Positions 10,799 through 18,465 of a stretch of 20,000 nucleotides of DNA are shown piece by piece. The stretch covers positions 582,614 to 602,613 of the forward strand of contig WELA01002318.1 in assembly GCA_009602735.1 (NCBI GenBank). The letters are read 5' to 3'. How positions within the stretch are numbered: position 1 is the first letter of the stretch; each line of letters begins with the position of its first letter. Position numbers and translations under genes: made by a program. Under the pieces are notes generated by a model. The model made no database searches and had not been told where the DNA came from. It was given only the letters and a program-made list of their open reading frames with translations. This DNA comes from Mesotaenium endlicherianum (lineage: Eukaryota).

Positions 10799-13700
10799 TG
10801 CGCGCGCGCACGTGTGTGTGTAAGAGAGAAAGAGGAGGCTGCCACTAGGAGCAACCATAAGTGTAACTGCTGTCCATTTACCCCTGAACTCTTGTCTGGG
10901 GCGTCCCAGAGTCGCCAGCTGCAAAGAGGTACCTACGGCAGGCGGGGCGGTCAGCTCGACGAGGGCTAGTGCACTGTACCTCACACTCTTTGCCCTGACC
11001 CCCTCCCTCCCTTCCTCCCTTCCCCGTATGCGTGTGCCTTCCTCTGTGTGTGTGTGTGGGTGTGTGTCAATGTGTGTGCTTGTGCATGCGGGTGCGCATA
11101 TATGTGTCTGACTTGAAGGGGACCAAAGAGCTGACGGAGGCTGCTGCTGCTGTGCTGCTGTTGCTGCAGGACACGGAGGACGAGGTGATGTGGCAGGCCC
11201 TGAGCCGCAGTGTGGAGCGCGTATCGGCCGCCATCAACGGCGCCGACCGCATCGTGGACGGCCTCGAGGTGAGCCACAGCTCAACCTGAAGCTTGCGGAT
11301 GTGGAGTGCGTGCAGCCTGGGGCCTGTTGGTCACCGTGCCTCAGCCATGTGGCGGGAGGGGGGGGGCATCAGCCTCTGACGTTCAGGCCTAGTGAGGTCT
11401 GTGGAGAGAGAGAGGGGGAGGGGGAGCAGGAGAGGGAGAGGGAGCCAGAGAGAGAGGGAGAGGAGGAGTTACGAGAGGAGTCCAAGGGCAAAGCGGGCGC
11501 ACAGCCTCACTCCCCTCTAGGCAGAGCCTGATATGCATCTTGATCTGATGGGTCCTCTCCACTGGGTGCTCTGCGCGTCGCACGTGCTTGACACCTTCTG
11601 AATTGCTTCCTGCCCATGCGCGGATAAGAGAGGGCATGGGGGGCCTCTTCTCTGGTGACAAGTGGCTATAAGGACACGAGCGTGTCGTTGAAAGGAGGTG
11701 CATCTCCCCGCACATGTGTTGCTGAGCAGGTGGACTCGGTGATGAGTCAGCGCCCTCCAGGCCCCAGCAAGAGCCACGCCTTTAGGATCCGCCGCGAAGC
11801 CTCCTTGTGCCACCTGGCAGCTGTTCCTGAGCTCAGTCCCCCAACAGGGGTTCACGCAGGAGAGGAAGCTGCTGCTGCTGCTGCTTGCTTGCTCCCCCCA
11901 GCACCGCTCGCTCCCAGTGTGCCACCTGTCATCCAGGACGCATCAACAGCTGGCGCTGATCCCGCCTTGCAGCTCCCACTCTCAAAGGAGCCCCCGCCGT
12001 CGCCATTAGGCGTTGCAGCGGTGCCAACTGGCCTTAAAGCAGCGCCACTTGGCGCGAAGATAAAGCCACCTGGCACCGACGTGCTGCCACGTGACACCAC
12101 TGCGGCAGGCCTGGAAGAGTCGCCTGCTCCACATGAGGTCTATGGCTCCCATCGCTCGGGGCAGCTTTGTCCCGCAAGAGAATTGCTGGGGGGGGAGGCG
12201 AGTGGGGCAGAGACGCCCGAGGACGGCTCCCGGAGACGGTGTCTCCCAGAGACGTGCGCGGTGTCCCCCACGTCCCCGCCTGCAACTGCCACCTGGACAG
12301 GCCCACCGCGGCCGGAGAGCTTGGCCAAGAGAGCGAAGTGGTCCGGCCCCCGAGGCAGTGCCAGGGCGACAGATGGCGGCAGCCCGGCCAGCCCCGCGTG
12401 CAGATCTCTAAAATTTGGTCCAGCTGGCAGCGGCGTGAAAGCCAAGTCCTGCAAAGATGGCCAGGTGGCGGCAGGTGGTGCTGCCAGCGGCGATGACGAC
12501 ATGGCAAAACGAGAACAGCGCAGCGAGACTCTGCTCTTTGAGGTGGGTCCCCTGCTGCCCGCACATCCCGGTCAAAAATCTGCCAGCCGCCCGCGGCACA
12601 ACTACCCCAAGGTGGCTTGCTTTGTGATTATCATCATCATCATTTGTTTCTGCAACAGCACTGCACTTCATCCACGCCCCCTCCAAACAAATGGGGTAGG
12701 GGGTAGGAGGCGGGTGCGCGTGCTCTGCGCCCCTGACAGCGTTGGGGTCTGGACCTGCTCTTCACCGAGTGTACTTCTTGGAAGTGCCTGGCTTGGGAGG
12801 AGGGGGATTGAGGGGGGGCGGGGGGTTGTGTGAGGTGCAGGTGAGCGTAAACACAGGGAGGGTGCACGTGTATGTCAGAGCCTTCCCGGATTCGGGAGCT
12901 GGGGCCGTGCCACTTGGCGCCAACTTCCACCCTGAGGAGCTGGAGGTACCGGGCGCAGCTGCTCGGGCTGGGGAAGGGGAAGAAGCACACAGTATGCTGC
13001 CTCTCTGGCGCCAGAGGGAGTGCCAAGTGGCAGCCTTGCAGTTCCTCTCGGAATGGAAGGCCCTCAGGCCCGTCTTAAGGCGGCGCCTTGCTGGCAGGCC
13101 CCTGTGCTGCCCTCTGGAGCTGGAGCTGCAGCGTGCGGCTGACCCTGCGTTTGACCCCCACGTATGTAACGCCTGCGTGCATGCTTGGCGCGCCTGCTCT
13201 GACGTGCCAGCTGGCACCGTCCTATTGCTTTCGAGCCCATCCCTCTTCTGATCTTGCCATCTTGCCAGGGCCGCAGCCTGGCATTGCGGTGATTGCTCTT
13301 GCTTCCTGCGCTTACATCGTCCTTGCTTCGTGGCTGACTCCCTGGATGCTGCCAATGTGGTACCTGGAAAAAGCTGTCTGCTTGCATTCACCCGACAAAT
13401 TGACATGGACTGCCGCACGGATAGACAAAGGCACAGACAGCCAGGGGTCTGCCTGGGTGCTTTGGAGGGGGGGAGATGTGGAGGTGAAAGGGCAGCCTGG
13501 CAGTGTCGTTCCTGTGGTATCTCTCAAACCCGTTCCATTTCCGTTTTGTTATGCGGCAGGGTGTCCTCGTGGGCGGCAGCAAGCGGAGGATAACGCCGCG
13601 TGATGAGGTGGCAGCGCCGGACCCAGATGGCTCCAGGAGGGTGCCACTTGTCCTCCAGGTGCGGGGCAACAAGCGCAGGCAGGAGGAGCAGGTGTGGTCG

Positions 13701-16700
13701 GCCAATGAAGAGCCTCTGTGCCACATGTGCAAGCTGCCCTGCCGGTACCCGCCTGTCCTTCCCCGCAGGCCATGCCCGCGCGTCCTCGTCAGCGCTCTGG
13801 GCCAATCGCGAGTCACCAATCCGCCAAGCAGTGCCTATGCTGCTGCTGCTCAGAGGAACTCGGAAGTGGGAGTGGATGAGAGCACGAGTGCTAAGCTTCA
13901 GGACTGATGCGTGGCCGTGAGATTAAGCGGGAAGCTGTCAGGATGTAATTTCTGGCCCCTCACTTTGCCCTTCTCCAGCACAATGATACTCGCAGATGTA
14001 CATAGTGGGCCGCCAGGTGGCTGCGTATACTGGCAGCGCCCCGAGTCTAAGACAGCAGTGCGCAGACAGCCCTGGCCTGCCATGACACAGGGCAGCCGCG
14101 CTGTCGTATGGGCGAGCCTGACAGCGGTCCGAGGGCGTGCCACGTGGCGTGAGCGTGAGCAGGAGCAGCAGGGCGCGGCGAGCGGCAGTGTTCAGCGATC
14201 TGTTCTGCACGCGCACGTGTGTGGACGAGTACCTGGGCAAGACCAGCTCCGCCTACGTCCGCTCCGTGAGCCCCCATGCCCTGACGCTACTCCTCTCTGA
14301 ACTCTAATTGCAACCCGAAGTCTGGAAGCTGTCGGTTCTTGCTCCTATGGGTTGACCCTTACCTTCTGAGAGAGAGAGAGCGCAGAAGTGCTGACTCCTC
14401 TTTGCCCCCTGGGCCTACCGCCGTTGCCTGCGCTCCCTCAGGTGGTGTTCGAGATGGAGAGGGGAGTGTGTACGGGGTGCCACCTGGACTGCCACGCGCT
14501 CGTCGAGTGCGCGCGCGTGCTCCCGCCCGCCCAGCGGCGCCGCTACATCCTCCAGAAAGCGCCGGCATTCCAATCGCACCCCGCCATGTGAGCCACCGTC
14601 CGCCCGCCTCCCACCGTAGATCAGCCAGGCCGCTTGGGGGGGGNNNNNNNNNNNNNNNNNNNNNNNNNNNNNNNNNNNNNNNNNNNNNNNNNNNNNNNNN
14701 NNNNNNNNNNNNNNNNNNNNNNNNNNNNNNNNNNNNNNNNNNNNNNNNNNNNNNNNNNNNNNNNNNNNNNNNNNNNNNNNNNNNNNNNNNNNNNNNNNNN
14801 NNNNNNNNNNNNNNNNNNNNNNNNNNNNNNNNNNNNNNNNNNNNNNNNNNNNNNNNNNNNNNNNNNNNNNNNNNNNNNNNNNNNNNNNNNNNNNNNNNNN
14901 NNNNNNNNNNNNNNNNNNNNNNNNNNNNNNNNNNNNNNNNNNNNNNNNNNNNNNNNNNNNNNNNNNNNNNNNNNNNNNNNNNNNNNNNNNNNNNNNNNNN
15001 NNNNNNNNNNNNNNNNNNNNNNNNNNNNNNNNNNNNNNNNNNNNNNNNNNNNNNNNNNNNNNNNNNNNNNNNNNNNNNNNNNNNNNNNNNNNNNNNNNNN
15101 NNNNNNNNNNNNNNNNNNNNNNNNNNNNNNNNNNNNNNNNNNNNNNNNNNNNNNCCCGGCGCACCTCCCTCCCTCCCTCACCTTCTACCTCCTCCTCCTC
15201 CTCCTCCTCCTCCCTCCTCTCGCGTACCTCCTTCTTTTGCTTCCTCTCCGTTCTGCTCCCTCTTTCTCAAGAAGCACACGCCCGGCGGGGATTGATTCTC
15301 TTGCTGCCCAACACTCGCGAGCAGAAGCCCTGCCCATGTCCAGGGTGCAGCAAGTGGGGCTTTCGGATCTGCTTGCTCGCACCTGCATGCGGCGCCAATG
15401 CTCCCTCGCGCCGCCCGGGCTCTACGGGGGGAGCAGCGCTGGGGATCTCGCTCGACTCATCCTCGGGTGCTACGCTGTTCCCGCGCTTGCAGGCTGCAGA
15501 GGCTGGTCAAGGACTGCCTGGAGGGCAACGCTTGGCACGCGGACCACGTAGTGCCTGTGCGCGACGGCGGAGGTGCCGCCTCCACCCTGACCCTAAACTT
15601 CTATCAAGCCCTGAGCCTAATCCTTAGCCTAGACTAACCCTGAAACTTTTGACCCACGCACTCTCCCTAGCCCAGAAGCCTGAGCTGGCCGCCAAGACGA
15701 GATGGGAATCGTGCGGTATTGCCTGCACGTCGCAGAGCCACCATCGCACCCCTCTCTTCTGCGGCGTGTTTGCAAATTTGGTCCTCGCTCACGGTCCCCG
15801 ATGCTTGTGAGTTTCTAACTTGTCCTCTTCGCGTGAGCACTTGTTTCGGGGACGCCTCTGCTTCTGGGCGCCGGTGCCTGCAGTACAAAAATTAAACCGC
15901 AAATGAGTCCTGACATGATCATAATCATAAATTAATATGCATACACGTAAAATATAACTGTATGGTGATGCGTCCATGCATGCATGCAAACACGCATATA
16001 CGGCAACGACTGGCACGTGCGGCGGGGCAGGAGAGTGCGCGCTCGAGAATCTGCGGACGCTGTGCGTGGCGTGCCATGCCGCCAACACTGCCGCCCAGAA
16101 GAAGCGCTGGGCGGCAGAGAGGCGGGCGGCGAAGGAGGCTCAGAAAGCCCCTCCTGCGTGTGCCCCCAAACGAGCCAACGCTGGCCGGGAGACGCGCGCG
16201 GGCGCCAAGTGTCGCATTGAGGACCTGGCCAGGTTCCGCCTTGACCAGGTGAGTGCATGGGTGTGGGGCGTAAGTCTCAGAGTGACACGCGATAAATGTG
16301 CCACTTGTCGCCTTGCCACCTGGACCCTCTTACCTTTCACACATGTCCTTGTGCCGTATGCGCCAGTGGGAGTTGGATACGGGCGGCTGTCGGCAGTCGG
16401 TCGGTATTGCCACAGGCGCCACGTGTGGCACCTTAAGTAGGCGCCAGCTCATAGCTACCCGTGGCAACGGGCAGCTCCTGCCATTGCACGCGTGGTGCAG
16501 ATTGCACGAGACTTGCTTTGAGTATTTACTCGCCGCCTCTTTTGCGCTTCGTCCTCTTCTGTGCTCAGTTGTTGTCCGCAATTTGAAAAGTCCAGCGGCT
16601 CTTCCTCTCCGTTGAGACGTGCAAGCCGTCAGACACAAGAGAGAACTCGTGTCTTCCTCTTGGGTGGCACTGCGGGCGAAAGCGGCCAGTGGAAACTTCT

Positions 16701-17083
16701 GCTGATGCCACTTGTGTTGCACATGCTTGCAGGTCTCATGTGAAGAAGCATGCTCACAGGCGCCGACAAGTGGCGCCAAGAGCTCGGGCGACGACAGTGA
16801 CTTGCTCGGTGTCGATGTGGGGGGCAGTTCTTACACCACCAAAGACCGAACTTCAAAAGATCAGAACGCAGACTCGGGCTCTTGTGTTAAGAAAGGTGGA
16901 CCACTCCGGAGAGGCCTTGGCACATCCACCAGCCCTTGGCTTGTGGAGGACGAGCAGAAGGAGAAAGAAGAAGAGGAGAACGAAGAAGAGAAGGAGGAAA
17001 AGGTAGAAGGAGAAGGAAAAGAAGGAGAAGGAGACCAAGAACCAGAACAAGAACTAGGAGACAAGGAAGGAACAGGTACGTGA
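2159..17083 (+). CDS. ZRANB3: ZRANB3-like (plant CHR14-type, SMARCAL1 family) SNF2 DNA annealing helicase/translocase with C-terminal HNH endonuclease; 19 exons: 2159-2863, 3065-3457, 5008-5140, 5430-5611, 6255-6328, 6897-6932, 7193-7280, 7754-7813, 8534-9703, 10509-10685, 11170-11268, 11730-12542, 12841-13161, 13560-13744, 14163-14265, 14442-14587, 15493-15572, 16031-16248, 16733-17083
   Basis: All 18 introns are GT..AG with compatible phases. Summed CDS is 5334 nt (1777 aa + stop). Motifs occur in order: Q (LLPFQREGV), I (LIADEMGVGKTIQ), Ia (LLVVCPA), II (VIVDESH), III (LLLSGTP), IV (KMVIFAHH), FVRFDG, V (TAGGTGINLSAA), VI (QAEDRCHRRGQ), Cys clusters, then HNH (WHADHVVPV..GGGECALENLRTLCVACH). 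The start codon and last exon end are less certain. Confidence 0.92.
3065..3457 (+). CDS. ZRANB3: ZRANB3-like exon 2 (Q motif, Walker A)
   Basis: CCAG|GTGAAG acceptor with branch-like GCTAAC at 3018. Ends ADEMGVGKTIQ|GTGGGT. Confidence 0.88.
3510..4381. other. Assembly gap (872 N) inside intron 2
   Basis: N run flanked by G-runs. The protein is continuous across it (GKTIQ|AIA). Confidence 0.99.
5008..5140 (+). CDS. ZRANB3: ZRANB3-like exon 3 (motif Ia)
   Basis: AIALAAWYRHEGPLLVVCPAGMRLPWADELERWLP. Continues directly from GKTIQ. Donor GTGAGT, phase 1. Confidence 0.92.
5362..5419. repeat. Poly-G homopolymer (58 nt, preceded by one N)
   Basis: Directly visible; ends 10 nt before exon 4. The true length is uncertain. 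Confidence 0.9.
5430..5611 (+). CDS. ZRANB3: ZRANB3-like exon 4 (Walker B DESH)
   Basis: Phase-1 acceptor TGCAG after a poly-G run. VVVVSY...WGMVIVDESH. Donor GTGAGG, phase 0. Confidence 0.88.
6255..6328 (+). CDS. ZRANB3: ZRANB3-like exon 5 (motif III)
   Basis: TQAMLELVRNTRRALLLSGTPSLT. An alternative in-frame acceptor would start the exon at 6261. Donor GTGGCG, phase 2. Confidence 0.87.
6336..6482. repeat. (CTCTCC)n-type polypyrimidine microsatellite at the 5' end of intron 5
   Basis: Directly visible imperfect hexamer array. Confidence 0.95.
6772..6820. repeat. (CA)n-(GA/GGGAGA)n compound microsatellite near the 3' end of intron 5
   Basis: Directly visible; complementary to the 6336-6482 tract. 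Confidence 0.92.
6897..6932 (+). CDS. ZRANB3: ZRANB3-like exon 6 (36-nt mini-exon)
   Basis: (R)PFDIFNQIDSL(R) completes SGTPxxxRPFD. Phase 2/2, CAG..GTGGGT, CTGAC at 6874. Confidence 0.88.
7193..7280 (+). CDS. ZRANB3: ZRANB3-like exon 7
   Basis: This frame is not in the ORF track. Manual translation: PGLLGRNKYEFARHYCNVQRRLIRGRLHT (family F-xxx-YC motif). Donor GTGAGC. Confidence 0.88.
7754..7813 (+). CDS. ZRANB3: ZRANB3-like exon 8
   Basis: NYSGGARLQELNVLLRQTVM. CAG acceptor, GTGAGT donor. Joins to VRRLK. Confidence 0.9.
8483..8516. repeat. (GT)17 microsatellite just upstream of the exon 9 acceptor
   Basis: Directly visible. Confidence 0.97.
8534..9703 (+). CDS. ZRANB3: ZRANB3-like exon 9 (RRLK..QLPPKRR, low-complexity inserts, motif IV)
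   Basis: VRRLKADVLMQLPPKRRQVI...LSPQELGIAKLRGVLEWL...KMVIFAHHHEVLD...FVRFDG, all in one open frame. Donor GTATGC. Confidence 0.85.
9836..9882. repeat. (CCCTCA)n imperfect hexamer array
   Basis: Directly visible in intron 9. Confidence 0.88.
10509..10685 (+). CDS. ZRANB3: ZRANB3-like exon 10 (motifs V and VI)
   Basis: VRVAIVGITAGGTGINLSAAESVVFAEL...QAEDRCHRRGQLSSVNVYFFCAK. Phase 0/0. Confidence 0.94.
10738..10821. repeat. (GT)n/(CG)n compound microsatellite in intron 10
   Basis: Directly visible; a second degenerate GT tract lies at about 11045-11107. Confidence 0.95.
11170..11268 (+). CDS. ZRANB3: ZRANB3-like exon 11
   Basis: DTEDEVMWQALSRSVERVSAAING (SNF2 post-motif-VI T-x-D/E helix). 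CAG..GTGAGC. Confidence 0.88.
11403..11480. repeat. GA-rich polypurine tract in intron 11
   Basis: Directly visible degenerate GGGAGA-type units. Confidence 0.8.
11730..12542 (+). CDS. ZRANB3: ZRANB3-like exon 12 (Pro/Ala/Ser-rich linker)
   Basis: Long open frame, phase 0/0. Ends LLFE, which joins VSVNTGRVHVY. No conserved motif anchors the 5' boundary. Confidence 0.72.
12841..13161 (+). CDS. ZRANB3: ZRANB3-like exon 13 (substrate-recognition/HARP-like region)
   Basis: VSVNTGRVHVY...PLGANF...FLSEWKALRPVLRRRL resembles the ZRANB3 F-x-[VA]S-xx-T-x-R-[IV]-H-x-Y segment as recalled. Donor GTATGT. Confidence 0.85.
13560..13744 (+). CDS. ZRANB3: ZRANB3-like exon 14
   Basis: GVLVGGSKRRITP...EPLCHMCKLPC. 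Donor GTACCC, phase 2. Confidence 0.82.
14163..14265 (+). CDS. ZRANB3: ZRANB3-like exon 15
   Basis: This frame is not in the ORF track. Manual translation: SSRARRAAVFSDLFCTRTCVDEYLGKTSSAYVRS. Donor GTGAGC. Four in-frame tandem acceptors. Confidence 0.83.
14442..14587 (+). CDS. ZRANB3: ZRANB3-like exon 16 (CxxC of the HNH zinc site)
   Basis: VVFEMERGVCTGCHLDCHALV. Donor GTGAGC, phase 2. Confidence 0.9.
14644..15154. other. Assembly gap (511 N) inside intron 16
   Basis: N run with a G-run on the left and a C-rich tract on the right. Phases match across it (HPAM|LQRL). Confidence 0.99.
15493..15572 (+). CDS. ZRANB3: ZRANB3-like exon 17 (HNH first half)
   Basis: LQRLVKDCLEGNAWHADHVVPVRDGG. Phase 2/1. 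Confidence 0.9.
15584..15645. repeat. Degenerate telomere-like (ACCCTR) array in intron 17
   Basis: ACCCTG ACCCTAAA ... GCCCTG AGCCTA ATCCTT AGCCTA GACTA ACCCTG. Confidence 0.5.
16031..16248 (+). CDS. ZRANB3: ZRANB3-like exon 18 (HNH second half, basic helix)
   Basis: GECALENLRTLCVACHAANTAAQKKR. Donor GTGAGT, phase 0. Confidence 0.9.
16733..17083 (+). CDS. ZRANB3: ZRANB3-like exon 19 (probable last exon, acidic tail)
   Basis: TTGCAG acceptor, phase 0. Contains DDSDLLGVDVGGSSY, which recalls a plant-homolog C-terminal V-x-V-x-GS-x-Y motif, then an E/K-rich tail. TGA at 17081. A possible donor at 17076 could extend the gene. Confidence 0.68.
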   Translation, partial: VSCEEACSQAPTSGAKSSGDDSDLLGVDVGGSSYTTKDRTSKDQNADSGSCVKKGGPLRRGLGTSTSPWLVEDEQKEKEEEENEEEKEEKVEGEGKEGEGDQEPEQELGDKEGTGT

Positions 17084-18465
17084 GGTTGAAGCCCCACGAG
17101 ATTGATGGAGAGCGGGAGAGTGGTCACCATTTAGTGACCTTGTCCAATGCAAGGAGAGAATGCAAATTTACGACAACAAGCGGCTCGCTTCCATTCGATA
17201 AATGGTCGCAACATGCTCGTGTGTCGGGATTGTAAGAGGACAACGGCATCACAGAGGGTAGCCCACCGTGAGGTTGGGATGTGAAAATGAAGGTATAGAG
17301 GTCAAGGTTGTAATGAATGTAGGTCCTTTTAGGCTACTTGCCTGTTGGTGAGAGGATGACCAAGTAAGATGGATGCGTATGAATGCACTTCACTCAGTAA
17401 CATCATATAAGGGTGGAAGTTGTCAAACCTCGAGATAAATTTATTGCACTTTGTGTCCCACACTGGAGCAACTCGACCGTCTGTCACTAGTAGTGCACAG
17501 TGTACAAAGTAACTCAAAGGTAAGACTTAAAGCTACAAAAGGTCGAGAGCCAGAGGAAGAGAGCTAACTATTCTTGTGGAAGATTTTATGCTAACAAAAA
17601 TATTGTTCCACAAATGCTGATCTTGTTTGCTAATGTATGGAACATCTAGTTTTGCGACTAAGGAAATATAAAATTCCGGGTCGTCCAAGAAACGTTTAAG
17701 CCCAGCAGTAGCAAGAAAGCTGCTCCAGGAAAATTGAGAACTTTAGACGCAACCCATGCCACTGAAGGTCAGATCGAAACGTGACAATTTCTTTCAAGCA
17801 TGAGCTATATCTAATACCAGTTTGCCCATACAACAGGAAGTGAAGTAGACACCTAGCTAGGTATTGGGATTGGGATTGCTATATGCGTATACTTGTATTA
17901 ACTTTTAGGCTTTGTTTTTGAAAAAGTGAGGAGAAGAAATTACATACTCAAACCCACTCAAACCACTTACTACTTGTACTACCATAGACAGAATCAAGCT
18001 GTATTCTTGGTTTTTGCTTAAACGCCTAAATCTGAAACTAAAATAATATCTATGAATAATAGGGAGACGCGTGCCAACGTGAGCACCCAATTCTGGCTTT
18101 GCACGAGCCAAGCATTCACGGGCTTGGCAATGGCTTCCGCCCACACTTCGCTCCCGCCCTGCTCCATCCCAACTCTGCCACGCGGCTGTCGGAATCCTCT
18201 CGTTCCATTCGCTGACCTTCACACGTCCAGAAATTGGACTGGTGGTGGGGTGCAGGATGGGGCAGGGTGGTGCAGAGACAATATAAGCAGGGGGAACCTG
18301 ATCAGTGTTGCGGGGAGAAATAAAGCGATCACTGCAAACAAGCTCGAAGCAATCACATGCGGTAGTACACTTCCGCGCTAGAATGCTTCCATGAACCACT
18401 AGAGTTTCGAGACGTCAGAGAGAGTCAGATAAAGGCTTGTGAACTTAAGGGTTAAGAGAAGCAGC

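Noticed and set aside
15493..16090. HNH as a mobile homing endonuclease, or a prokaryotic helicase-HNH defence system
   Set aside because: The HNH is split by a spliceosomal intron and joined in frame to the SNF2 ATPase, which is the normal ZRANB3 architecture.
17231..17313. TGTAA motifs as chlorophyte-type poly(A) signals
   Set aside because: A 5-mer is expected by chance, and the lineage is not established as chlorophyte.
17485..17495. CACTA-G-TAGTG resembling fused CACTA transposon ends
   Set aside because: Only 11 nt, with no 3-bp TSD (TGT vs CAC) and no subterminal repeats.
17905..18399. Intergenic ORFs of 164 aa (-) and 109 aa (+)
   Set aside because: No recognisable motifs or splice support; probably promoter or UTR of the downstream gene.
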